NCBI GenBank assembly: GCA_965237955.1
Contig: OZ250169.1
Span: forward strand, 8,070,598 to 8,134,597
Direction of reading: 5' to 3'
DNA length: 64,000 bases
From: Candidatus Marinacidobacterales bacterium
Lineage (GTDB): Bacteria > Acidobacteriota > Vicinamibacteria > Marinacidobacterales > SMYC01
Positions 55,219 to 64,000 of the stretch are shown here, piece after piece. How positions within the stretch are numbered: the first letter of the stretch is position 1; every line of letters begins with the position of its first letter. The position numbers and the translations under genes were made by a program. The notes beneath the pieces were generated by a model. The model was not told the DNA's origin. It saw only the letters and a list, made by a program, of their open reading frames with translations, and searched no databases.

Positions 55219-58200
55219 CTAATCGGAGGCTCGGAGTCTGACGAGTAGCTCCCCTGCTTTGGCGTCGTCACCGACGGAGACGGTGAGTTTTTCGATCACG
55301 CCGCCCGTCGAGGCTGTCACCGCGGTCTCCATCTTCATCGCCTCGAGCACGAGCACGGCACCACCCGCCTCGACGCGGTCACCCACCTGACGAAGGATCG
55401 ATAACACCTTGCCGGGCATACTGGCCCCGACATCGAGCGGGTCATTGGGGTCAGCCATGAGACGTTGTTCCGCCTTGTCGGCCGCACTCCGATCGTCGAC
55501 GGCGACCTCTCGCGGTTGACCGTTCATCTCGAAGTACACCATACGCTGGCCTTCCGAGGTAAGGCCCCCGATCGCAACCAGCTTCACGATGATCGTCTTA
55601 CCCACTTCGATGTCGACGCTGATTTCCTCTCCGACGCGAAGCCCGTACAGGAAAGCGGGCGTGGGCAGGATCGATACGTCGCCGAAAGTCTCTTCGTGGC
55701 GAACGTAGTCATCGAACACATCGGGGTAGAGCGCATCGCTCAGAAGCTCCGATTCCGAGGCGGCCCGACCGAGTCGCTCGGAGAGGCGCCTCGCCGATGC
55801 CTCGAAGTCGTGAGGCTCGATGTGCTCGCCGCCCCGAGAGGTGTGAGCTGGACGCCCCTTGAGGATCGCCTTTTGAAGACGCGCCGGAAACCCACCGTAA
55901 GGCTGACCGAGCTTTCCCGCCATGAAATCGACGATCGATTGTGGAAAGTCGAGCTGGTCCGCCTGCATGATTGCTTCCTCCACGGAGAGATCGTTCTGAA
56001 CGAGGAACATGGCGAAATCCGCCACCATTTTCGACGTTGGCGTCACTTTGATGACGTCGCCGAGAGCGTCGTTCACCTCACGGTATTTGCGTTTGATTTC
56101 CTGCCAGCGATCCCCGAGCCCGAGCTGGATGGCACGCGGACGAAGATTCGAGTACTGCCCACCGGGAATCTCGTGCTCGTACACCTCCGCTGTGCTCGCC
56201 TTCAATCCAGACTCGAAGACGTAGTAGAGATCGCGCACGCTCTCCCAGTAGTTGCCGAGCGAGTTCATCGCTTCGAGGTCGAGCTCGGGCGAGCGAGGGT
56301 TTCCTTCCAGAGCAGCGGCGAGCGCGTTCAACGATGGCTGGCTCGTCAGACCCGACATACTCGACAAAGCGCAATCGACCACATCGACCCCGGCATCACA
56401 TGCGATGAGATAAGTCGCCACTCCGTTACCGCTCGTGTCGTGAGTGTGCAAGTGCACCGGCAACCCGGTCTCGTCTCGAAGCGCGCTCACCAATTGCCGA
56501 GCGGCAAAAGGTTTCAACAACCCAGCCATGTCTTTGATGGCAAGGATATGAGCCCCACACTCAGCCAGGTCTTTGCCGAGCTTCAAGTAATAGTCGAGAT
56601 CGTATTTGGTGCGTTCGGGGTCCGAAATGTCGCCGGTGTAACAAAGAGAGGCTTCCGCGATCTTCCCCGCGCGCACGACTTCTTCGATGGCGATGGTCAT
56701 GTTCGGAACCCAGTTGAGGGCGTCGAAGATCCGGAACACATCGATGCCGGCATCGGCGGAGCGCTGAATGAAGCGACGGACGACGTTGTCCGCGTAATTG
56801 GTGTAGCCAACGGCATTGGCGCCCCGGAACAGCATCTGGAGAAGGATGTTCGGCATGGATGCGCGCAGGCGGGCAAGCCGCTCCCACGGGTCTTCTTTGA
56901 GAAACCGATAGGCCACATCGAAGGTCGCGCCTCCCCACATCTCGATGCTGAAGAGCCCGCGCGCAAGGCGAGCGGTTGCGGGAGCGATGGCCTCCATGTC
57001 GGCGGTGCGCACTCGGGTGGCGAGTAGCGATTGGTGCGCGTCGCGAAACGTCGTGTCAGTGATGAGAAGCCGCGGCTCGTCGCGAAGCCACTTCGATAAC
57101 CCTTCCGCTCCTTTGGCCTTGAAGACGGCCATGGCGTCACCGTCTTCGGGACGGGCTTCGGCGAGCGCGGCGGGATCCGACGGTACGGGAACGAACAGCG
57201 GTTCGAACATTGGGTCAGGCCGCTCGACCGGTCCATCATGACCTGGAGGGCCGTTGACGACGGCGTCGGCGAGAGCGCGGAGAAGTTTCGTTCCGCGATC
57301 GCGACCGGGCGGGAACGTGAACAGTTCGGGAGTGTCATCGATGAAGCGCGTGTCGACGTTTCCTTGTAGGAAACGCGGGTGAGCGACAACATTCTCGAGA
57401 AAACGCATGTTGGTTTTCACGCCGCGGATGCGGAACTCCCGGAGCGAGCGCAGAAGCTTCGCGGTCGTCGCGCGGAAGTCGGGGGCGAAGGCGGTAAGCT
57501 TCACGATGAGACTGTCGTAGTGGCTGGAGATGACCGTTCCCGCGCCGCCGGTTCCGGAATCGAGTCGAATACCGAAGCCTGCCGCTCCGCGATACGCCCG
57601 GATCTTTCCGGTATCGGGAGCGAATTGGTTCTGCGGGTCTTCGGTCGTGATCCGACACTGGATCGCGTAGCCGCTTCGCGTAATCGCGGCCTGAGAGGTG
57701 ATGCCGATCTCGGGATCGCTCAAGCGATACCCTTCGGCGACGCGTATCTGTGCCTGCACCAGGTCGCGGCCGGTGATGCACTCCGTCACCGTGTGCTCGA
57801 CCTGAATGCGCGGGTTGACCTCGATGAAGTAGAAGCCTTCGTCGTTGACGAGAAATTCAACCGTTCCCGCGTTCTCATAGCTCGCCTTCGTCGCGATCCG
57901 GAGTGCTGCTTGATAGAGCTCTTGACGAAGCGCATCTCCGATGGAAACGGAGGGTGCGACCTCGACGACTTTTTGATGACGACGCTGCACGGAACAATCA
58001 CGTTCGAAAAGATGGACCGAGCTCCCGTAGCCGTCGGCCAAAATCTGAACTTCGATGTGCTTCGCCCGCTCGACGAGCTTTTCGCAGTAGAGATCGCCTC
58101 GCCCGAACGCGGCTTCGGCTTCGCTCCGAGCTCTCGCGAACGCTTCCTCGATCTCGTCCTCGGTGCGAACGATGCGCATCCCACGACCGCCACCGCCGAA

Positions 58201-58704
58201 AGAGGCTTTGAGGATGATAGGCAAGCCGTTCTCATCGGCAAAGCTCTTGACGTCTTTGGTCGACACGACCGGGCCATCCGTCCCGGGGACAACAGGTACG
58301 CCGGCCTCGATAGCCAGATTCCGTGACGCGGTCTTGTCACCGAAGGTCTCGAGCGCGCCCGGGGCTGGACCGATGAAGGCGACGCCCGCTGCCTCGCAAC
58401 GCCGGGCGAACTCGACGTTCTCCGAGAGGAAACCGTATCCGGGATGAATCGCATCAACCTCGTGTTTCAGGGCGACCGCGAGAATGGCTTCCTGGTCCAG
58501 ATAGGGGCCTATTGACTCGTCGGTTGAGCCAACGGCAAACGCTTCATCCGCTTTGTAGCGATGGATCGAGAGTTGATCCGCGTGCGCGTAAATGGCCAGC
58601 GTACGGATTCCCAGCTCGGTACAAGCGCGAAAGACGCGGATGGCAATCTCGCCACGGTTCGCGGCCATGATTTTGGAGAACGCGCGGCGACTCATCGCGT
58701 GCAT
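55219..58704 (-). CDS. pyc: pyruvate carboxylase
   Basis: ANRGEIAIR, RDCSVQRRHQK, RDAHQSL, WGGATFD, HLHTHD, EAMKM. Confidence 0.97.
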   Translation of the reverse strand: MHAMSRRAFSKIMAANRGEIAIRVFRACTELGIRTLAIYAHADQLSIHRYKADEAFAVGSTDESIGPYLDQEAILAVALKHEVDAIHPGYGFLSENVEFARRCEAAGVAFIGPAPGALETFGDKTASRNLAIEAGVPVVPGTDGPVVSTKDVKSFADENGLPIILKASFGGGGRGMRIVRTEDEIEEAFARARSEAEAAFGRGDLYCEKLVERAKHIEVQILADGYGSSVHLFERDCSVQRRHQKVVEVAPSVSIGDALRQELYQAALRIATKASYENAGTVEFLVNDEGFYFIEVNPRIQVEHTVTECITGRDLVQAQIRVAEGYRLSDPEIGITSQAAITRSGYAIQCRITTEDPQNQFAPDTGKIRAYRGAAGFGIRLDSGTGGAGTVISSHYDSLIVKLTAFAPDFRATTAKLLRSLREFRIRGVKTNMRFLENVVAHPRFLQGNVDTRFIDDTPELFTFPPGRDRGTKLLRALADAVVNGPPGHDGPVERPDPMFEPLFVPVPSDPAALAEARPEDGDAMAVFKAKGAEGLSKWLRDEPRLLITDTTFRDAHQSLLATRVRTADMEAIAPATARLARGLFSIEMWGGATFDVAYRFLKEDPWERLARLRASMPNILLQMLFRGANAVGYTNYADNVVRRFIQRSADAGIDVFRIFDALNWVPNMTIAIEEVVRAGKIAEASLCYTGDISDPERTKYDLDYYLKLGKDLAECGAHILAIKDMAGLLKPFAARQLVSALRDETGLPVHLHTHDTSGNGVATYLIACDAGVDVVDCALSSMSGLTSQPSLNALAAALEGNPRSPELDLEAMNSLGNYWESVRDLYYVFESGLKASTAEVYEHEIPGGQYSNLRPRAIQLGLGDRWQEIKRKYREVNDALGDVIKVTPTSKMVADFAMFLVQNDLSVEEAIMQADQLDFPQSIVDFMAGKLGQPYGGFPARLQKAILKGRPAHTSRGGEHIEPHDFEASARRLSERLGRAASESELLSDALYPDVFDDYVRHEETFGDVSILPTPAFLYGLRVGEEISVDIEVGKTIIVKLVAIGGLTSEGQRMVYFEMNGQPREVAVDDRSAADKAEQRLMADPNDPLDVGASMPGKVLSILRQVGDRVEAGGAVLVLEAMKMETAVTASTGGVIEKLTVSVGDDAKAGELLVRLRASD

Positions 58705-58745
58705 TGTGCTCCGCCCGCTTCCACCTGCGCAAGGCCGTCAAGAAA

Positions 58746-58920
58746 CTCACCGCAGAGACGCCGAGGACGCAGAGAAAAGATCAACGCAAAGGCGCTAAGA
58801 CGCAAAGACGCAAAGAGAAAGTCAGCGCCGAAGGCGCTTCACTTTGCGCCTTGGCGACTTTGCGTCTTTGCGTTGTTTTTGTGCGCTCGATCTCTGCGAA
58901 CTCTGCGTCTCTGCGGTGAG
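58746..58920. repeat. REP-like doubly nested inverted repeat
   Basis: CTCACCGCAGAGACGC / GCGTCTCTGCGGTGAG enclosing AACGCAAAG / CTTTGCGTT arms and hairpin AGCGCCGAAGGCGCT. Confidence 0.85.
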
Positions 58921-58923
58921 TCC

Positions 58924-59700
58924 TTAGACGGTGAAATCGACGACGACTGGGGCGTGGTCCGACGGCTGTTTGCCCTTGCGTTCGTTGCGATCGACGAAGG
59001 CATCGCGTATGCGCTCGGCGAGGTGCTTTGTCACCAGTATGCCGTCGATGCGCAGGCCGTCGTTTTTGGGAAAGCCGAGCATGCGGTAGTCCCACCACGA
59101 AAAGATACCGCCATCCGGATGGTGGGCGCGAAACGCGTCCACGAGCCCCCACTCGATGAGCTCCCGGAACGCGGCGCGCCCGTCGGGATGGCACAGCACC
59201 GAGTCCTTCCACCTCTCCGGGTTGTTCACGTCGTGATCGTCGGGCGCGATGTTGAAATCTCCGCAGACCGCCATGGACTTCGCCGGGTCGCCTTGGGCGT
59301 CGAGGTAGCTCCTCAGCCGAGACAGCCACTCGAGCTTGTAGTCCCATTTGTCCGAGCCGACCGTGCCACCGTTAGGAACGTACACCGAGATAACGCGGAC
59401 TCCACCGACGTCGGCGGCAACGAGTCGTGCCTGCGGGTCGTCATGATCAGTGCCATCTGCCATCGAAGTCGCGACGTTGTCGGCTTTCTCCTTACTCAGG
59501 ATAGCGACGCCGTTGTACGTCTTCTGTCCAACGATGGTCGAGTGGTACCCCGCTTGCTTCACATCGAGCACCGGGAAGCCTTCGTCCACGACCTTGAGCT
59601 CCTGCAAGCAGATGACGTCCGGCTGGTGTCGTTTCAGCACACCGAGAAGGCGCGGAAGTCGAGTGCGGATGGAGTTGACGTTCCAGGTGACGATGCGCAT
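58924..59700 (-). CDS. xth: exodeoxyribonuclease III
   Basis: TWNVNSIR, LQELK, YNGVA, YVPNG, GDFNIAP, WWDYR, GLRID, SDHAP. Confidence 0.95.
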   Translation of the reverse strand: MRIVTWNVNSIRTRLPRLLGVLKRHQPDVICLQELKVVDEGFPVLDVKQAGYHSTIVGQKTYNGVAILSKEKADNVATSMADGTDHDDPQARLVAADVGGVRVISVYVPNGGTVGSDKWDYKLEWLSRLRSYLDAQGDPAKSMAVCGDFNIAPDDHDVNNPERWKDSVLCHPDGRAAFRELIEWGLVDAFRAHHPDGGIFSWWDYRMLGFPKNDGLRIDGILVTKHLAERIRDAFVDRNERKGKQPSDHAPVVVDFTV

Positions 59701-59786
59701 CGGCCGGGATTATAGCAAGCGATCGCGTTGCCTCCGAGGAATGCCTTTGCTAGAGTCGACTCCATGACCAAGCTTTCCCCGAAGCG

Positions 59787-61247
59787 ATGAATGAAACGAT
59801 AAACATCAGGGCGATTCGACGACTCGAACAAAAGGCCCGTGCGCTCGAGCCCGACGCCGCCGAGAGGCAGCGCCTGTTCGAAGATGTCGCCGCCTATGCC
59901 GAGGAGTTCCTTCAGGCGATCGACGAGCTCCCTGCGTTCGTCGATACCGACGACAAAGGAGTCGGGCTCTACGACTCCCCGATTCAGGACGAGCCACGTC
60001 CGATGCCGAAACTGCTCGAGCACTTGAAGCACGACGTCGACCGCCCAGGCTTGAACACCGCCTCGGGCCGCCACCTCGGATACATCCCCGGGGGTGGCAT
60101 TTACGCATCCGCGCTCGGCGATTACCTCGCGGCGGTGACCAACCGCTTCGCGGGCGTCTTTTTTCCCGGGCCGGGCGCAGTGCGGATGGAGAACATGTTG
60201 CTCGAGTGGATGCGCGAGCTCGTCGGCTATCCCAAAGGGTCGACAGCCGGGAACCTGACATCGGGCGGGAGCATCGCAAACCTCATGGGCATCGTCGCGG
60301 CCCGAGACGCTTTCGGCCTGAAGGGGCGCGATTTCGAACGCAGCGTCGTTTACCTGAGCGAGCAAGCCCACCATTCGTTAGGCAAGGCCCTGCGCATCGC
60401 GGGTCTTGGCGAATGCATCGAGCGATTCGTCCCCCTCGACGAGCGCCACCGAATGCAACCGGAATCCCTCGCTAAAATGATTCGTGAGGATCGCGCTACC
60501 GGACGCCTCCCGTTCCTCATCATCGCCTCTGCGGGGACCACCGATACCGGCGTGGTCGACCCAATCGAAAGGCTCGCGGACGTCTGCGAGCGCGAGGAGC
60601 TCTGGTTTCATGTGGACGCAGCGTACGGCGGGTTTTTTCTTCTGTGCGACGAAGGCAAAAAGATTCTTCGAGGCCTCGATCGCTCTCACTCGCTCATAAT
60701 GGATCCCCACAAGACACTCTTCATTCCATACGGATCAGGAGCCGTCCTCGTGCGCGATCGGTTGTCGTTGCTCAAGAGTCATCACTACCTACCCAATTAC
60801 TTGCAAGACACGAGGCGTGCCCAGGACGAGCTTTCGCCCGCGGACGTGTCACCCGAGCTCAGCAAACACTTTCGCGGTCTGAGACTCTGGATGCCGCTAT
60901 TGCTCCACGGTGTCGCGCCATTTCGGGCCGCGCTCGAAGAAAAGCGTCTGCTCGCGCGCTATTTCCACGAACAGCTCCGGGCCAAACCCGGCTTCGAGGT
61001 CGGCCCTTATCCGGACCTCTCCGTCGTCATATTCCGCTACGTGCCGCAACACGGTGACCCCAACGAGTTCAACCGGAAGCTGGTCCATGCCATCCACCAA
61101 GACGGCACGGTCTTTCTCTCTTCCACCATGGTAAACGGCCAGTTCACTCTAAGGATGGCGGTGTCCGCGTTCCGTACCCACCTAGAAACGATTCAGCGAG
61201 CCCTCGACATCATCGAGACCGCCGCCAAGAGACTCGAGTCTATTTGA
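59787..61247 (+). CDS. PLP-dependent group II (aromatic amino acid-type) decarboxylase
   Basis: TSGGSIAN, AHHS, AGTTDTG, HVDAAYGG, DPHK. Confidence 0.9.
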   Translation: MNETINIRAIRRLEQKARALEPDAAERQRLFEDVAAYAEEFLQAIDELPAFVDTDDKGVGLYDSPIQDEPRPMPKLLEHLKHDVDRPGLNTASGRHLGYIPGGGIYASALGDYLAAVTNRFAGVFFPGPGAVRMENMLLEWMRELVGYPKGSTAGNLTSGGSIANLMGIVAARDAFGLKGRDFERSVVYLSEQAHHSLGKALRIAGLGECIERFVPLDERHRMQPESLAKMIREDRATGRLPFLIIASAGTTDTGVVDPIERLADVCEREELWFHVDAAYGGFFLLCDEGKKILRGLDRSHSLIMDPHKTLFIPYGSGAVLVRDRLSLLKSHHYLPNYLQDTRRAQDELSPADVSPELSKHFRGLRLWMPLLLHGVAPFRAALEEKRLLARYFHEQLRAKPGFEVGPYPDLSVVIFRYVPQHGDPNEFNRKLVHAIHQDGTVFLSSTMVNGQFTLRMAVSAFRTHLETIQRALDIIETAAKRLESI

Positions 61248-61625
61248 AGCGGGCCGAGCGCCCAGGAACTAGACAAACTAGAGCCCGATCGAAAGCCAAA
61301 AAATCTAAAGTAAGAAGCGAGCCGCCCGATTAACAAAGAACGAGGAGAGCTTGCTCTCCTCGCACAAGCTAGCCCTCTCCCGGGAGAGGGACTGGGTGAG
61401 GGGTAAGCAACTAGAGGTCTTCGATTCGATGTCCGATTCTGTACTGGACGCGTCCGTCAGTACCGCAAGCGAAGCGGGTACGTGCGAGCGACGTGTCATC
61501 GATCTCCTCGGCCACTTGCTGGTCCTTGCCTCGGACATCGCCCCCGATAGCCGAAGCCTGGGCACGGAAGAGTTTCGTGCCCAGCTCGAGCTCTACCGCA
61601 CTCAGCTTTCCCAAGCCGCTAACTA

Positions 61626-63313
61626 GTACCCGTCCTGAAGCCTGTAAGGGATTGAGAAAAAAGGAGAAATCGCAAATTTAGGGCTAGTCTTCTGAGGGGG
61701 TGTCGATTAGGACCGTGTCGTTGAAAACATCCGATTCTAAATGACTTAACTCCAAAGGAGACCAGCCCTAAATGCGAAAAACGATCAACCCACAGCCAAA
61801 TCTACGTGAGCCCTGGCTGGAGCTGGAGCACGCACGCGAACTCGAAACGATCTCGTCGCTGCTCGATGCCCATCCTAAGCTCAATGAGCTGGTACTGCAA
61901 GACCTGAAGTCGGTCACCCCATCGGCAGGGAGCGATGTTGGTCGTGGGGGAATGAGCGCGGAGCAGGTTCTCCGGGCGTTGTTGGTCAAGCAGCTGAATC
62001 AGTTCAGCTATCGAGAGCTGGCGTTTCACTTGGCAGACTCTCGAAGCTATCGGACGTTTTGCCAGCTCGGCATCATAGAGCCGACCCCGTCGAAGTCGAC
62101 CCTAGCAGCAAACATCAAAGCCGTGAAGTTCGAAACGCTGGAGCAGATCAACCGAGAGCTGGTGAGCGTTGCCGAGGATGCTGGGATCGAAAAGGGAAGA
62201 AAAGTACGAGTGGACTGCACGGTAGTGGAATCAAACATTCATCCGCCTACAGACTCCGAGCTTCTTTATGACTGTGTTCGGGTTCTCACTCGCCTGATGT
62301 GCGGAGCTCGCGAACTGCTGGGTACAGTAGTGGTCTTCGGCAATCGAACGCGTCGAGCGAAGAGACGTCGACTGGGAGTTCTGAACGCGAAGGATAAGCA
62401 ACAAAGGCGTCGCGTCTATCGAGATCTACTGAAGGTGACGGAAGAAACCTATCGCTCCGCTCAACGCGTTGCAGAACAGTTGGAAGAGTCGGGCTTGACC
62501 GAGCCTGTGAAGCGAGCGAGTACGGAGAGGATCGCCGCGGATTTTGAGCACTTTCTCGTCCTCACCAAGAAAGTCATCAACCAAACCCAACGCCGAGTGA
62601 TCGACGAAGAGCGTGTGCCTGCAGAGGAAAAGGTCGTTTCTGTCTTCGAAGAACACACCGACATTATTCGCAAAGACCGGCGCGAGACCCTCTACGGTCA
62701 CAAGGTGTGTCTGACTGGTGGTTCGTCCTCGATGATTTTGGATTGCGTGATCTTGGATGGGAATCCGGCCGATTCAACTCTCGCGGAAACCATGATCGAC
62801 CGTCTAGTCGAACTCTACGAGCGGGCCCCGCGCCAGGTCGCCTACGATGGCGCGTTTTCTTCAAAGGCAAACTTGGAAGCCATCAAAGGCAAGGGAGTTG
62901 AAGATGTTGCCTTTACCAAGGCTCAAGGTTTCGCCGTGACCGATATGGTCAAGAGTTCCTGGGTCTATCAACGCCTGCGGCGATTTCGCTGCGGGATCGA
63001 AGGCGTCATTTCGTTCTTGAAACGAGTCTTTGGTCTCGACCGATGCACATGGCGCTCATTGCCTTCTTTTAAATCGTACGTATGGGGTTCCATCATCACC
63101 TGCAATCTACTGGTGATGGCGAGACATCTATTAAGATAATAACTATTACTCTTCCGCTCCCATAGCCTTGGATTCCTGACGATTCGCCTCTCGTTTCGTC
63201 CAAGATTTTCATTCGCTCTCAACCCTACGAAGTTCCCTACCGAAACCGTATAATACCCACATCTTCGGTAGGCCTGTCGCACACCACAAGTTATGGTGTT
63301 TCTGGACAGGAAC
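61626..63313 (+). mobile_element. insertion sequence (ISNCY/IS5-like DDE), complete
   Basis: Imperfect IR GTACCCGTCCTGAA / TTCTGGACAGGAAC; duplication TAACTA (61620-61625, 63314-63319). Confidence 0.9.
61772..63139 (+). CDS. DDE transposase (ISNCY-type)
   Basis: RVDCTVVESNIHPPTD, YGHKV, YDGAF, RCGIEGVISFLKR. Confidence 0.9.
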   Translation: MRKTINPQPNLREPWLELEHARELETISSLLDAHPKLNELVLQDLKSVTPSAGSDVGRGGMSAEQVLRALLVKQLNQFSYRELAFHLADSRSYRTFCQLGIIEPTPSKSTLAANIKAVKFETLEQINRELVSVAEDAGIEKGRKVRVDCTVVESNIHPPTDSELLYDCVRVLTRLMCGARELLGTVVVFGNRTRRAKRRRLGVLNAKDKQQRRRVYRDLLKVTEETYRSAQRVAEQLEESGLTEPVKRASTERIAADFEHFLVLTKKVINQTQRRVIDEERVPAEEKVVSVFEEHTDIIRKDRRETLYGHKVCLTGGSSSMILDCVILDGNPADSTLAETMIDRLVELYERAPRQVAYDGAFSSKANLEAIKGKGVEDVAFTKAQGFAVTDMVKSSWVYQRLRRFRCGIEGVISFLKRVFGLDRCTWRSLPSFKSYVWGSIITCNLLVMARHLLR

Positions 63314-64000
63314 TAACTACCGTCACGTTGAGAATCTTCTTAGTGCGGCAGTTCGGCTGTGTGAGGAGTTTTTTCAACGCTCCCAGACTTATCTCGCCGA
63401 TCGGGAACAGGAGTTTCGCGAGCTGATCCAGATGTTGCGAGACGCACTGCTCTCACTCGCCGGAGATAGCCAGGCTTTTCACGGCCAGCTGATCGAGACC
63501 AGCGCTCGTCTGAATCGCTTGTTGGAGCTCGACGATATCCGCGCGCTGAAATCGCGGCTCACCGACGAGGTAGACGCCCTCAAGCGTAGCGTGGAGCAGA
63601 AGCAACGGGAAGAGCAGGCGCATCTCAGCGAGCTCACCGAGCGTGTGGGCGCACTTCAATCGACACTCGAGCAGACCAAGAATCAGGCCGCGCTCGACGC
63701 CCTGACCGAGGCCGAATCGCGGCTCTTTCGACGACACGCTCCGGGAATGGATCCGTTCGCACGAGGCCTCGAAGCGCAGTTTTATCTTGTGTATGGTCGA
63801 CCTCGACGACTTCAAGCACATCAACGATGAACATGGCCATGTCGTGGGAGATCGCGTGCTCAAATGCGCCGCAGCCGCCCTCGCCGAGGGAATTCGTGAG
63901 GAGGATTTCGTCGCTCGCTATGGCGGGGAGGAGTTTGCGCTCATGCTTGCCGGGACGAGCCTCAAGCAAGCCCAAGAACGACTTTCCGCTCTCGTTCAAC

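Larger units (their letters stand above)
61429..64000 (+). pseudogene. diguanylate cyclase (GGDEF), IS-interrupted and frameshifted, runs off window
   Basis: Frame is restored across the IS (AAN|YRH); DALT, DLDDFKHINDEHGHVVGD, RYGGEEF; frameshift near 63712. Confidence 0.85.

Noticed and set aside
55465-57027. Long antisense ORFs (also 41132-42361, 48293-49492, 58561-59715)
   Set aside because: Shadows of real genes in high-GC DNA with no recognisable motifs.

Overview
This is bacterial DNA of high GC content; gene content is compatible with an Acidobacteriota or delta-proteobacterial-type host, which is inference only. It has two halves. (1) Positions 1-27.7 kb form a dense, heavily nested mobile-element island with IS5, IS110, IS3, IS21, IS256, IS200 and ISAzo13 remnants, a DUF2924 + large serine recombinase pair and scattered passenger genes. 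The island is stitched together by more than 20 short termini (consensus approx. TTTTG-N5-7-ACR, usually followed by GG) associated with rve/integrase-core DDE genes. These termini stack on one another and truncate neighbouring genes without target-site duplications. They form miniature elements, and two of them are the ~100-bp inverted ends of one reconstructable element (14803-19250). This is the best candidate for an undescribed system. (2) Positions 27.7-64 kb are chromosomal backbone: sugar-phosphate isomerase, ggt, porB, a chemosensory operon, a dicarboxylate symporter, rnd, an NhaC-type antiporter, pyc, xth, a PLP decarboxylase and an IS-disrupted diguanylate cyclase. Signalling and envelope genes here carry many frameshifts and deletions, and pyc is flanked by nested palindromic repeats. 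No rRNA, tRNA or CRISPR array was seen. All family calls come from motif recognition by eye, not database searches.
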